Notes: generated from the letters alone by a model not told the origin. 64,000 bases of DNA from Balanoglossus misakiensis (GCA_040954595.2 CM082578.2:18308728-18372727); one strand, 5' to 3'; positions 1 through 14,996 are shown, counted from the stretch's first letter. Numbers and translations are program-made.

Positions 1-933
1 TGTACCCAGCTGTAGAGTATGACTTTGTGCCAAACAGACTTGCCATAGATGAGGGAGACTTGGTGCACATACAGTGGACAGGTCAGTTTTTGAACAATTT
101 AATGATTATCATCTGTATTCAATTTGTTGTATTGATCCAGAAATTCAATTGGTGTGTCTACTTTTTTATGCAGGCTCCAACACACATGATAATGATCCAC
201 CAGGTGGTGATGGACAGACTGGGGATGATGGCGAGGGCACTGGTGGTAAGTGATTCTATATGCCACCATCATTTTCTTTATAATCACAACAGTTGGTAAT
301 TATAGCTGATGCATTTGTCCACAAGAGCAATGTGGCAACAGGAGTTCCAAAGCCTTTGAAAATCTGATCATGATATCTTGTTCTAACATGTATGATTGGT
401 CAACTTGGTTTTCCAGGTACAGATCGCCATAATTTTGTACAGATCAATGAAGCCCTGGAAAACTACCCTGTCCCGTACGAGAACAGCACCCTGTGGTCCT
501 CTGTCAAGGTTGCGTGGATATATCATTCGGATGCTCCGACAACTGTGGCTGCCAAGGATCTGGCAGTGGCAATGGCTTCATCTGGATACTACAGGTAATT
601 TTTGTGATTGCGCAGTCTTTGCAAAAACTCTGATCAGTACTTTTGTATTGCAACACACTCTAAAATTTGGACAGATCATTGCTTTTTGAACTTGAAAACT
701 GATTTTAGTCAACTAATTTTTTCCATCCCTTCTTTGTCAGGTGCATGAGGAGTGCTGTGTGTCAGAGAAATTCTGTTGAGACCAAAGATGCATTGAACAA
801 CCTGCTCAACAATGCACCAGCATCGTTTGAGGGCGCTGTTCTGGAGTTCACCAAGGGTACCTACCATTACGCCTGCACAAGAAACAACAACTTTACAAAT
901 CGAAGCCAAAAGGGATACATACAAGTTTTGTAG
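1..933 (+). CDS. Protein DD3-3-like, 3' part (gene starts before the window)
   Basis: GT-AG exons <1-81, 174-245, 417-594 and 741-933 join in frame: YPAVEYDFVPNRLAIDEGDLVHIQWTGSNTHDNDPPGGDGQTGDDGEGTGGTDRHNFVQI...GTYHYACTRNNNFTNRSQKGYIQVL*. YPAVEYDF, HIQWTGSNTH and CTRNNNFxNRSQKG are motifs I recognise from DD3-3-like proteins. Confidence 0.8.
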
Positions 934-3133
934 CCCATGACATAGAATATATAATCAATAATAAGCTTTGGGAGAGGGGAAACGGTACTTTACATATTTC
1001 ATATTATGACTTGAAATCTTGAATAGTGTATTTATTTAGAGGCTGCATATTATTATTTTACCACACCCAGTGTTTCATCTACAAAGGCTGGTTGGATCAT
1101 GACTGAGTTCATAGATATATTTTTGTCACTGGAACAAAATTAAAAGGTCAACATATCCACTGAGATTTTTGAAAAGGAATATGGGAAAAGCAATACATAT
1201 ATGTCAATCTTATATAGCCAATATAATATGCCTTGTGCATTTTGAAATATGCAAAATATTTATGTGTAGATAGTTCAGAATAATGAAAACATTACCTTTG
1301 TAGCTGAAGGGACATTTTTTTCTTGTGTGCTAAGAAGTTATTTACACCAAAAGATGTGTATATGCTCAGTATGTCTAAAGTGTAAAATGTATCATTTTTG
1401 TTGTCTTGGAGAGTAGAAACAGGAGAAGTAATTTATCATACACTTGCACAGGGTAATAATTTAGTATTAGGTGAGCCATATTTGAAGAATTACATTGTAG
1501 TTTAGACCTTGTTTGGCTTGTATTGTTTATGACATATAGGCATACAAACATCATAGAATCTAATTAACCACATTCAAGTACAAATGTATGTACCACTACT
1601 GTTCAGCTGGATTTTCAACAATGGCACAAAAATAGATTATTCCTTCGGTTTGTAGTTTTCCTCTGGTTACATAGCTATTTGAAAATTGTACTTGTATAGG
1701 TAACCCATTTTTGTACGCATTAATGAAAACAGCATAAAAGACTCAACAGGAATTTTGTGGGACCTGTACGCAGAGTGGTATGTGAAAAGCGCCCTCTTTA
1801 GTTGTATTGTGGTATACCATAGTGACCATCTTGAAATAAGTTTTCCAAGCAGGACAGTTTTCCTACAATGAAAGCTCAGATGTATATTTGGAAGTTTTAT
1901 ATGTTGTTATAAAATGTATTAAAATGTTGTCTGCTGGTCAAACAACCTTGGATAAAAATAATAAAAGTTGATGGAATATTTTGCAGTGTGTTTTTTCTTC
2001 CATTTTGATAGCGAAGTTCAGTTTGTATCTGTCTCATGCAGGTGTGTGTATGTGTGTGAATGTGAAGTTATTACTGCATACATTTACATGGAAGTCACAT
2101 CAAAGCATAAATGAACGCTGTTTTCCTTTTTAGTCCATAACAAACATTTGGGGCAGATTCTCACACTCCCAGACTTAATTTTGATCTCCATTTTGAAATT
2201 CCATTGAAAAGCAATAGACCCAGTACTGTTAGGGATTAGTATACACTTTCGATTGTTTGCATGCAAAGTGGCATTTTGTTGCACCTTAATTATTCACCTG
2301 TAAACAATTCAAGTCCACACACGTCCAGTAGACTGTCGCAAAAGGGAAAACATCATGCATGACCCCCCCCAACTTTGTTGTCAGAAATCTGAATTCTATC
2401 AGTTTGCTGGATATACAATATGAATGCATTTAAATCTCTGCTGATAAGCTCTGTACTGACTGGTCAAAATACATCAACAGCCACATGAGCTACAAATTCT
2501 TGAATTTACGATTTTACTTTCAAAGTAATCTGAGCATCATGACTGAGCAACTGATAAATGTATTTGACTCGATTCAGACGCTGAGCATCTTTTTGGGAAT
2601 TGTCTTTGAAGCATCGAATACAACTGCAGATATTACTGATTTGGCCACTTTTAATGCATACAAAAATCCACACACAAAAATTCAAATACCCTAACTTTCC
2701 ATTTGAATGTATACGATGTAAAATGTAAGTCATGCTTGAGTACACATACACTTTGTACATTAGTTGTATCGCAATCTTCGTACATTTGTGCTTGTTCTTC
2801 AACTATTATATTTTAAATTTTGCAAAACTTCAACATTTTAATGCATGTAGTGGGATACAAGAAATGGAAATATATTTACAATTTATGAAAATTGATAAAG
2901 CAAACTTGCAGGTAAATTAAGAACACTGAAACAAATTGTTTTCGTCAGGGTTTTTGTTGATAAAATGCAACTGAAAGCTCTGACGCATTTTCAAAACATT
3001 AGATTGGAGGATAAATATGTGTCACATGTTACAATGTATACACATGATACACGCAACTGTGCACAATCATAAGTGCGTGATTTCTGTACATTTTCAATCA
3101 AGCTAGGGCGTTCGAAATACACGACGACAAAAA

Positions 3134-6100
3134 ATGGCGACGAGGTGGGTCGATGTGGTTTGGGTTTTGTTTTGTTTTGTAGTGGCGAGCGCACACTCGC
3201 CGAAGGTGTCCGACCGTCTCGGCACGAAAACAGTGACATTACATGATCGTTCCATGAACCAGGAGGGGAGACGTTTTCTCACTTCCAGGACGAAAAAGCG
3301 ATATATCCGAAGCATCGTCGAACGGGATGTCGCTGAATGTGCCCTGCCGGACACATACGAACAACACCTCAGCCGTGGACGAACTTCTGTAAGTATTATT
3401 TTGCATGTAAATACCAGCATCAATGGGCCGACTGGGTGCCATTTCAGTTCGGTTCAACTATGATCCGTGAAAAACGGCAGCGTTTAACATACAGGGAAAT
3501 AGAACACTTTGCGCCCAGCTACTGGGTTGTAAATTCGTCTGCAGACTGGACGTCTGCGTCGAGCTGGTGTTTTGGTGTCCCATTGGTTCCGCGTTCCACG
3601 GATGTAAAGAGAAACAAACACCATGCACCAGCTGTGACCCATGTTTAATGTTTGCGCTTTAGGCCATTGCATTGCAGTGTTTAATAGTACAGTAATATGG
3701 CCGAATTTAATTGCGAGTGCATGTTTCTGTTTATGGTTATCATGGTTACAATAACATTCACAATCAGGTACTGGCTTGCTTGCAATTTTATGCAGTATTA
3801 AAAGTTGACCCCTCCAGAATGTTTTTCACCTGCAAGTGATTTGGCAACATAATTACCCCATTTCAGGAGCCCCCCAAAAGTGAAAGTGTTGCAAATATAA
3901 CGAATCACTGCAAAACCCATTATTATCAAGGCTGTAAAAGTTTTTAAAAATTTCTCTGTGTCAGCCCTAATATCTTGCATTGGGGATAATTTTCTTGCAT
4001 TATGCGTCACATTGGCATGGAGGGCACACTTGCCATGTAATCAATTTTAATTGTATCTTTAACATGGATACTGGTACATGTTGTATGCATTCTTTTAAAA
4101 TTTTCCATTTCCTTTTCCTTTTTTGACAGTTTACATTTCACAACGAAACAAATTACAATGTGGCACTGACATGGGCTGGAGAATTCAACGAGGTAAGCAT
4201 CTTTTCAGGTCACTGCATCTGATCTGTCCTGAATTTTGGAGAGAAAGTGCCAAGATTGGCCATTTTACCAAGTGACCTGATCTAAACCATTCTAGCACAA
4301 GTTCAAAGCGCAACAGTAGATATATACGGGTTAACCTGCATGTAGCACCTGTTGATCATCCCCCCTAAGTATCATTAGGTGAAGAAGTGCCTTGCAGTGG
4401 TTACAGAAATAATTATATTCCATAGCTGAAAATATAATTATTTCATGCATTCCTGTGGATTTTGTAATATAAATTTTGGTACCACACTGGTTGTTATCAG
4501 AAAAACCAGTATTTAAGTCTTGCATTCATGCGAGCATAAGACTTTCAGTTTGACTTATCTGAAATGTGGTTAAAATTAAGTTTATGTGATATGCTTGTGT
4601 CTTTTTACATTTGTACTCATTTATAAATAATGTGTATCAGAAATATATGACATATTAATAGAAAATGATATGTGAAATGTTCAGCTGTTGCTTTCTCAAT
4701 ATCTACATGTATGGTCTGATATTACCGTCATCAAATTTTTATGTTGTTCTTTACATTGATAAATATATTATATTACAGGCCCATCTAGCCAATAATTTTA
4801 GTCATAAAATTATTACTTGTCTGTGAAAATTTTCTCATGTTAACCCATACTGAGTCCTATTCTATTCAGTCTGTGTAACAGAATGCATGGAAGTACACCA
4901 TACTGTGAATGTGATTGGTGATTTAGTTATGATGAACATTATAGAGTATGCAAGGGAATTTCAATGCAAATACAATCACCATAGAGGATAGCTGATGGAC
5001 TACAGAATATCAGCCATTGTCTTTATGCCAGTGGTTTTTGAAAGAAATGTTGACCAAATGGTAAAAAATACAATAGTGTTTTGTTAGGTGTCTTCACAAA
5101 TTCCAAAATGAACAAAAATCACCGACAATTCACATTCGCTCAATGAAATATGCAATTGCAGACAACGCGTTCACAGATGCAGTTGGGGTGATGAAAAGTT
5201 ATATATAGACACAAGCAGCTTTGTTCTCCGTGATCAGTGTTTAGTCAGTCAGCTGTTTCTATATCCTGACAGTATTATTTGCTGTGCAATGATATACTAT
5301 AATACTACAACAGGGCATGACCAGTGCAACCAGTCTGAAAAGTTTGATAATACAAATGTACGTCTTATAATTATCCAATAAAACAAAGATAGGCAGTGAC
5401 ATCATAATCATTCAATGGGAAAGTTTGAGGCCGAAGAAATATCACAGTTAGTGATGTACTCATTTCACTGGTCAGACTTTGGCCAACTTAAAAGATGTGA
5501 ACACGGGTCACAGTGTGTGAACAGTGTTGTCTGATCATTACATGTATAAACAGATCTGCTGTAAGTTAAAGAAGGATGGCCAGTATTGTAAATGCAGACA
5601 AAAGATTGTCTTTACTCTTCTGATAGTCATCTGGCATGACTTTGCCCAGCAATGAGTCAAGATGTGAGCATGCATAACATTGACTTTTGTGCATAGTGGA
5701 AAAATTATTTGTACTAATCATATTTAAATTTATTTGAAATTCTGCTTGATAGGTGATATTGTTGCTGACAACATATGAAATGATGATGTATCTTGGACCA
5801 TCAAGGCTTTGGAGAAGGTTTGTACGTTTGCATTTCAACATTCGATGAAGACACACAAAATGTGACTGCGGGGTTACTTGAAACTGTGTGCCCAAAAAGT
5901 TGGAAGGTTGTTCTATTGCTGATCAGCTGACATCATTTCACTGGGTTTGTCTTGATGTGTTGTGTTGACATGTGCTATCATCTTCTTTGTCTAGTGACAA
6001 CTATGGAAGACACTTTGAACATATATCAGATAAAATCGATAATGCTTACATCAGGAGTAATGATGGACTATTGAAAAGTCCAATTAATTCTCAAATGGTG

Positions 6101-9100
6101 AGTTCTATACTCTATCGTCCTTTTTAAACAAATACATGTAGTGTTTTTGTAGTGCATCTTCAAGCCTTGTTTTGGACTTGTTTTTACAACTCATTACAAG
6201 AACTGAGACATTACTTGTAGCAATTCTCTCTCATAACACAGATCATCTTGGTGGCATATGCAGAGCTAGAGGATATGATGGTGAGTCAGACCAGTAAAAT
6301 TTACATTACAGAGGATGCCGGTGTTCACTGGCAAGGTGTACAGTTACCATTCCAAATCATGGGACCCATCATATTTCATCCAAAGCAAGATCGCTGGTTG
6401 CTGGCCAAGTCTGATGTTGCACAAGAGGTAGGCCGTGTTTTTTTGTGTGTATTTGTTAGTATGTCAAACACTAACATTGAAATTCAATTAGCACACAAAT
6501 CGTCAAATGGCTGTTTTTGTGGCTGTTACTATTTTGACACATGAACTCATGGATGATGTAAATTGAAGTCAGAGTTGGCGGATTGTTTGGAGTGTTTGTA
6601 ACGACAGATCTTCATGTTGTTTAATCAGTCCACATGCGAATTTCACATTGATCAAACTTTCTTGACAATAATTGTGTCAGTTTGTGTCATGGATTCAAAA
6701 CAACGTAGTCTCTAAGTTTCTGACTGGTTCCTGATTTCAGAACAAACTGTGGGTCTCCAGTGACTTTGGCCATTCCTGGTCGGCACTTCATGCCAACGTA
6801 ATCGAGTGCAAGTGGGGAACAAAAGAAGGAGATGAAGAAACAATTTACTTTACAGAAGATCCCGAACCAAACAAAAGAGGTAAGTCCACTTTTTACACAT
6901 TGGTATACGTAGTACATGTACTTGAATCCACATCTAGTCCCAGTCTATTCTATCCTCTCATCCTCATGATGTAAACGCTTTCAAACAATCATTGCACTCA
7001 AAAAGTAACCAGTAGTATCCTTGAAAAACAAACTGATTATTGCATAATCTGCGCTGTGTGTGATATTCCCAGCTCAGCTGTGTTATCTGAAATTTGATTT
7101 CTACATGTAGCAAAGTAATAAATACACATGGAGACTATCTGTACCATGTAGAAGTTAGCCTAGATTGTGAAAACTTTCATACATTCTAATCCTGTAAACA
7201 AGCTTTACACACAATGTACGACTGTATAACAGTGCTTTTAATTTTAGTAGGATTGTAAATATCATTATCAGATTAGGAATTGCATTGCAGCAGTAGAGCT
7301 TTTATTGCTGCTCTAATTTTACACTCAAAAGTCTAAATGCACAGATGGTGTGAATTTTAATCCCGAGCAGTACAATTGATGCTGTGGTGTGTCATATAGT
7401 GTTTGTTACTGGTAGGTTCTTTGTACAGGTAATAAATAAGAATGAACTTTTGATGGCACCATTACAGAACTACAACGTTTAATATGAATAGCCTGGCCAA
7501 ATTACAAAATTTAAAGGGTCATTTTTGTGTTTTATATACAACTGTACAAAAGCTTTAAGCATCTCTTCGTGTGGATGGACCATTTATCCTTTGTTTCTTC
7601 TCCTTTGTTCTCTATACTTATGGATAGTATCAGCCATGCATGAATTTTTGTGGAATCAAGCATCATCTATATAATGGTAAAGATTGGATCAAGTCAGTGT
7701 CTGGCAAAATTACACAGTATCAATTTCAGCATATTTATTTTGATGATTTTGAATAGAACATTGTTATACATGTACAATCACACCTAGATATATTCACATT
7801 TTTTTATGTTTGCCGTCATATCTAGATGATTTAAACCTTACTACAACCTGTTGAATGGTTCATGATCAGGTGGTGTTTGTAACAGCTGCTATTGTTGGAA
7901 CCTATATTTTCACAGATTCTATGTGCAAATAAAAATTGGTACCACGACTTGTTTTGATTTCTCTTACTTTGTTATTGGTTTTCCGTATTTTGTGCTTGTC
8001 TACGAACATCTGATGTAGTGTAATATAAAGCTTTTGAAGCCTGACCCCTCTGTGACCTATGACCCTATGTTGGGCCCTGCTCCCTTCCAAAGCAGACTGC
8101 AAAGCCACAAAATTGCAAATGTGTTGTAATCAGTGGTGATGATTGACACTTGAGAAGTGAAGGAACAACACTGGTGTGTGGCATGATACACGGTCAGGTT
8201 TTCACCATCTGTTAGTCGACTCTTGCTAATGCTTGAAATAAATATCATTACTTGGATAAATCAGCATCATCTTTATTGCACTTGTTTTTTTCACATTTTC
8301 TCAGGTGACACCTATAAATTTGTCAAAGCGGAAAAATTTGGAGCAGAGTACACAGGTAATGATTAACTTTCCTTTTCGTCATTTTCCTCCCATTTCCTCC
8401 ATGGTTGTGCAACAATGAGGTCCGTATTCTTGAAATTTCACTTGCAGCTTCCTTTACAGAATGTTGTGTAATATTTTACACTAATCAGTATGCACTGTTC
8501 ATTCTTATAATAATATATGAATGTACTGTTTCTGTTGTTAAATAAATTTCAAAGATAGGGACCCTGTTGGTTACAGTGGTTCCAGACAGCATGCCATATT
8601 TTGTTACACCAATAACACCATGCTTATTATTCACAACACTCATGTAAATTGATGCCCATGATTTTACAAACTTATCATTTGGAATGGGAAAAATTATGAC
8701 TCATATTGGATCACAAATTTCTCACCATATGTTTTGAGTATTTATATGGAGGGTGTATGCAAGCGATTTATGCAGATCACATGCTTTTGTATGAGAGACT
8801 CTATTGTAGGAAGGCAGCTTTGCAAAATGATAGGAAGCAACAGACGATTTTAGGATTAGCTGCTAAATCAGTTATTATATGATTGATGTTACCATGGCAT
8901 TAGGTGTTTGTGTTTTGACACTCACTGATAAATAATAAAACATCATGTTTCGACTGACTGCAGTCTTGTTTTATAAAATTGTATTTTTCTGTCTCTAAAT
9001 AGAATTACCATACTTATTTGTTTGATTTTCTTTATTTCATTTTTTTTCTCTGACAGTCATAGCAGAAGATGTTTTTACCTTCGGCGTGGAGGGAGACTTT

Positions 9101-12100
9101 GTCTTTGCTTCAATTGAAATCAACAAGGTTGTTTTTTCATAATTTTAAATCCAATTCTTGGATATCTTTTTATTTTTTGCTTAATAATAATAGTCTCATT
9201 TGAAAGCCCAAAAGAATATATCATGTCATGTGATGCCTTCAGTTTTTGCTGCAAATGTATTTGTATAATACTGGCAGTTGGTGTTCCAACTAAAGAATCT
9301 ATTAACCTGTGTGTTGTAACAAGGCATACATGTATCTATGGGAATACACTCACAACTAGGCATTTACATGGAAATGAAAAATTGTATTTATGATTACTGA
9401 GTGGTGATGGATCTTGTCTCCTTTCTCCAAGGACTCCCACGAGAGGATGATGCATGTTTCAAAAGATTGCGGTATATCGTGGAATGAAGCACAGTTGCCA
9501 TCCATCACAACAGACAGGGTAAATACATGAAAAAATTTAAGGGACAACACGGCTCAGTTTTGACATTGTTTGGGGTATTTTAGATCCTTGTTATTACTTA
9601 GTTCTGTTCTTGTTCACTGAAATAGGCTCAGTGACTGATTGTAACAAGTCAACTCATTCCATGTATATGGATATTAAACATAACACTTTTTTTTTAGTTT
9701 TTGGTTGTCGTAGTAGCAGTATTTGTGTGTTATACCTTCATACAGGATGTGAGTTCAGTTATGACCATTGAGCTTGTCTAAGTGAACAGAACAACATAAA
9801 TAAGTTACCAAAAGAAAATACATCCCAAAACATCTAACACGCACTTTATGCTTCAATTCCTAGTTCTACTCTATCTTGGATATGTCAGAAGGCATGATAT
9901 TTTTGCATGTTGATAACCCAGCTGGTAAGTACACATCTGTCTAGGGTTTGGCCCCATTACCCAACACTCATTCATTTTTTGTTCCTATATTAAAATCACA
10001 TACATGTATCTCCATTCTGATGTGTGACTAACACAGGAAAGTGATGAACATGCCCAATTGACTTTCATTGTTCTATGTGGTAATTTCGTCGACAGATACT
10101 GGACATGGTACAATCTTCACATCAGACGCTGATGGTATCATCTTCTCTCAATCTTTAGAAAGACATTTAGTAAGTGGTCTGTGTGGTTGATATGTGCAAT
10201 TTCTCTTGAGCAATATTTCAATTAAAAACTAAGATAAAAGTGTTAAGAACAATAAATTACTTTGATAGCCTTTCTGTGCGTATTCATAGTGGTTTCACTG
10301 TTTCTCTTTCAGTATCCCAACTTTGAGTCATTGACTGATTTTTACAAGGTGGAGTCACTCCGTGGAGTGTACATTGCCAGTCAGATCAACCCAGACAAGA
10401 GCATTCGATCCATGATAACCTTTGACCGAGGTGCAGTCTGGCAACCCATTCGGAAACCAGCAGGGATGGAGTGCAAAGATTCAGTGGAGGTATCTGAAGG
10501 GCTTGATCAAAGTTGTTTATTTCATTTTAGTAGACATGCTAAGATGCTGAAATCTTGTCTTTCCTAAGAAAAGTAAAAAAAAATGTTTGGTAGATATTGT
10601 CTCAGGCATGATTACAGTATAAGTTCCCAACCATGGGGCTATTCCGGATTTGGTGGTTGTGGGATTAGAAGGTATACTATCCGTGAGCTGGTATGACCGG
10701 TATATTGGTAAATTTCATTCAAACCAGAGTTTCCTTCTTTGTGGTCATCTCTTCTCATCAGCAGTGCTCTCTGAATATCCACTACAAGTACAGTCAGTCG
10801 AAAGGCATCAATGTGCCCATGGGACCTCTCAGTCTTCCAAACGCTGTGGGTATTATCATTGCCCATGGTAAGTAAGTTTGTCCAGTAGAGCCTGGCTTAT
10901 GTCAAATGATGTGTTGGTAAATTTAAGTTCATACTTTAAAGTCAAATGAAAACAGCAAATCTTGTTTGACCAATAGAGTGTGTGTGTGTGGACAAGCTAA
11001 ACACTAATTTTTAGCAACATACGATCACAGGGACAAGAACAAGAATGTGGTCTTCATATACACAAAAAAAAGAATGTTGCTTTTGTTGCTAGTATAACTT
11101 TTCTTTGAGCTGATTTCCCAAAACTGAACTTGACCACTGCCTACATGAATTCCACCTCTCAGGTCACGTTGCCGACGCTCTGCAGACAACCCCACCAGAT
11201 GTGTTTGTCAGTGATGATGGTGGTTACAGTTGGATTAAAGCTCTGGATGGCCCTCACCATTATGCCATTACAGACCATGGCGGTCTCTTCGTTGCAGTGT
11301 CTGCCAGCACTGACACTGCAGATACCCTGAAGTAGGTTCATTAACCTATGACCTTTGTAGAAAGTGTCAGTAGATTTGATGTCAGTTCCACTCAACTGGA
11401 GTGCTGGAATTATAATGTATCTGACAAAGATTGTGAACCCTTCTACATTTCCTCTATTAAACTTAATGTCTTTTCATTGTTTCCTCTGCAAAGGTTTTCG
11501 TATGACGAAGGCCAGTGTTGGTACGAATACAAATTCATAGACGAACCGATCAGATTTACTGGGCTGCTGACAGAACCTGATTCAAAGTCCTTGCGAGTTT
11601 CGCTCTGGGGATTTGGTGTGGAGGACAGGAAATGGAGAGTTACTGTGTTGGACTTTGGAGAACTCATTCAAAACCAGTGTATGTACCGGTACACCCCAAA
11701 TACCTTTCTCTAACTTTGTTACCACAGCATTGACTTGACAACAGTGAAATTTTACAGGTTTCTTGAAGTACAATGTATATGTGATGATGAAGAAGTTGGA
11801 GACAGTAAAAGGGAAGAAAATGATGAAAAAACAAACAGTTGAATATAGTCAAAGGTAGTTGCATAAAATGACAGTCTACTGTTGTCACGTGAATTCAGTG
11901 GCTAGGTTTATGTGGGTGTGAATCTCGTTCCTGATTCTCAGCTCGTTAATCAACTTTTTAAGGCACCGACTTTGACTACCAGAAGTGGACAGCGCATGAG
12001 TACAATGGCAAGAGTGGGTGTCTACTTGGGCAGAAAGAAGTATTCAGGCGTCTGAAGAAGACCTCACTCTGCAGGAATGGCTACAGTTTTGAAATCAGAC

Positions 12101-13753
12101 AGGAAACAACTGTTTGTGCATGTGACAAGGATGATTATGAGTGGTGAGTAGGTTGTTACAGGCTTCTAGCTTAGTTCAGATGCCAATGCTGACCTTTGCT
12201 CTTATTCATGTCCTGAGTGCTGAGGGTGATGAGTAAAGTTAGACATGCAAGTTGTTATGTTTAATATGGAGTTTGCCTGTGGTGTTATGTAGCCTATCCA
12301 TGTTCCTTACCCAGTCTTGAGAATATCATGCACATTGTATGTAGAAATTTGCAACAATAGTTGTCACAGTAGCTTTTTTTTAATATCTCCTACCACTAGT
12401 GACTATGGCTACTACCGACCAGAGGGTAAAGATGAGTGTGTTGAAAATCCTAATTTTAAAGGCAAACCGTTAGAAGTGTGTATCAATGGAGAGGAAGAAG
12501 ACATCATCACTACAGGGTAAGTCCTCCTCCAGCTCCTCCTCCTCCTCCTCCTCCTCCTCCTCCTCCTCCTCCAGCTCCTCCTCCTCCTCCTCCACCTCCT
12601 CCTCCACCTCCTCCTCCACCTCCTCCTCCAGCTCCTCCTCCTCCTCCTCCTCCTCATCGTCCTCCTCCTCCTCCTCCTCCTCCTCATCATCATCATCATC
12701 ATCGTGGCAAACAGGAGACTTGTGCATGCTCTGGAATTAATTATGGTAAATAGGGTTACATGGTGGAACAGTCAGTCAAGTGACAGCTACAAATGACGTG
12801 CCATTGAAAAGTGTGCAAGTTAGCGTGAATCCTCATTTTCCTCTGCAGATACCGCCGTATTCCCGGTGATGTGTGCGTTGGGGGCTACATGCCTGCAAGG
12901 AATTTGGAAGACCTTAAGAAGAAATGTCAAAATGCAGAAAATGCAAATTCTGTGTCCAAGAGCATCAGCAGTAACAGCAGTAGCACAAAATCAAGGGTGA
13001 GTGCAAGTGGTACTTTAATGTCAATGCAGGTTGGAACTTGTGTGGGTCTTGACAAACCACCAGTGCCATGATCACTTCTTGTTGGCCCAGGTATAAGCAA
13101 TGGCTCTATGATTTGGTATGATGCAAAAGAAAATGGGTGGAAAATAGAAGATAATAGTTTCGAACTTGGACGCAGATATACTGTATGTCTAACACTACGT
13201 GTGAAAATGCTCACACTACTTCCTGACAGAGAATGTGCAGATAATGATCAAATTATGACACTTTGTTGTAACTGCAGAATACAAACTATTTGAAAGAAGT
13301 GTGGGAAGTTGCATAGTTAGACAGAAGATAGGTAGTGGAGCCGAGCTAGCATTTTTTTAATTTTGCGAATTGCTGTCCTGGTCTAACCCCACTCTCTGGA
13401 TGTTTCTCTTACAGAGTGGAGGACATACGGCGGTCATTGTTATCGTTCTCTTGCTTGTTGTAGCCAGTGTTGGAGTGGGGCTCTTTGTCCTCAGGAAATA
13501 TAAATGTTTCAGAACTCAGTAAGTGCTCATGTTCTAGAATAAGTCAAGCCAGTGTATGAATTCTCACCTGTATGGAAGTATCATCACCATCTGAATGTTA
13601 TCATCTTTCTTGTTTCATCCCCACAGGAAAGAAGTGTACAGGTATTCTGTACTCAGTAAAAATGACGAATTTGACAGTGCCCTAGATGAAGTGATGAATG
13701 GTCCAGCTGTGTCTTCCTACCATGATGACTCTGACGAAGATATGCTAGAATAA
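3134..13753 (+). CDS. SORT1: Sortilin (VPS10-domain sorting receptor), 20 exons, about 822 aa
   Basis: Frame-consistent GT-AG exons: 3134-3388, 4130-4192, 5753-5817, 5995-6097, 6242-6427, 6741-6879, 8305-8355, 9057-9127, 9432-9518, 9864-9924, 10096-10169, 10313-10489, 10762-10867, 11163-11331, 11494-11678, 11963-12143, 12400-12516, 12849-12996, 13415-13518, 13627-13753. The product has a signal peptide, a furin-type site (KKRYIR), Asp-box repeats ([32 protein letters not shown]) and a 10CC region ([24 protein letters not shown]). A TM helix is followed by a tail with RYSVL and a terminal [11 protein letters not shown], closely matching vertebrate sortilin. Confidence 0.95.
12522..12703. repeat. 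(TCC)n trinucleotide microsatellite ending in (TCA)n, intronic
   Basis: About 180 bp of TCC repeats with a few AGC/ACC interruptions, starting immediately after the GTAAG donor of sortilin exon 17. Confidence 0.97.
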
Positions 13754-14996
13754 AGAGTACAGAGAGATGAGATGTGACCGTTAAAAGCAATAAACAACAG
13801 TTGTGCCCGTTTTTATGTGTGTTATGTGCCTGTAGTTGCTGAAATCCACTATGCTGGCCAACTCATTGCCGGCATTTTAAGAGAGTCCTACATGTACTAT
13901 GTAAACCTGGTTGGTCTTTCATACAAACAAGTCTTGCTACTTATCAACTTAGCTATCAGCCGTGGTTTCCAGGTGGAATTGAGGTTTTGATTCGACAAAT
14001 TAGAAATCTTCCTGCCAAACCCAGTCTCCAGATTCTTATACATTATCATCTGTGTACCATGGCCTGAATCCATCATGCTAATAAAATGATTGGAGCCTTG
14101 TACAATGCATATAGAAGTGTGGCAAAACGGTTAGGCAGATGATAGAGCCTGTAGCTGTAAGTCCAGGTTCTGATTTAATTAGTGGTTGTGATATTCAAAT
14201 GATTTCCTCAAAAGTATGCATTTAACCATTTGCTGAGGAAACTATCAGCAGATGTTTTTCGTGGCAAATCTTGCTGTGATGTGAGACTAGGTTTGTACAT
14301 TTTTTTTTCTCCTTTTCCTGAAGGGGTTCTGCAAGTGGTGTAAGCAGGTGTTTTGTATATTTTTGTACAGCGAGCTTGTGGTCACCTGTGTAGAATTTAA
14401 AAGAAAAAAAGATTTCTGCTGGCAGCAGGTCAGTCCTACAGCTTTTCTTACAAAAGTGAATTTGGAATACATGCTGATTGACTTTTCATTGTTATTCAAA
14501 CTCTTGTCACACATGATCTCCACATGACTTTTCTCAGCCAATAATAGAAGTGTATCTGATGGCCAGCTAGCACCAGCAACTACAGAAGCATTTTTGTGCA
14601 GGCGTACAGCAGCACTTTGAAAATGTAAATTATAAACAGCATTTTTTTCCATTTTCTGTGAAGGATTATTCATAGTTTATACAGAGGTGTAACTTATTAA
14701 CAAGGTTGGATATTTAGATTTATGTCTGATGGGAACTCAAGAGGCTTTTACCACACTGTAGGTTACATCAGCGACAGATGTTAGTATAGAAAGCTATATT
14801 TCATTATATGATCAAAGCCTCTCTTCGTACTTGCTGAAACTTTGTCTTCCAACTCTGACTTTTTGAGAATAAATTGGGAAAAATCATGCGAGTTTTCTGT
14901 AAATGTTTTCTGTGGATGTAATTATTACAGTGCCTTTTTCACAGAAATTTAACTGCACTATTCTGTCATTGTCAGTTCTAAGTAAATCCAAGTGAA

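Noticed and set aside
1787-1802. CTCF-like motif AGCGCCCTCT (similar near 34100 and 38698)
   Set aside because: Only partial matches to the consensus; cannot be supported without a matrix scan or ChIP data.
12412-12753. Poly-E, poly-R, poly-P and poly-S ORFs
   Set aside because: They are translations of the intronic (TCC)n microsatellite; the real sortilin exon ends at 12516.
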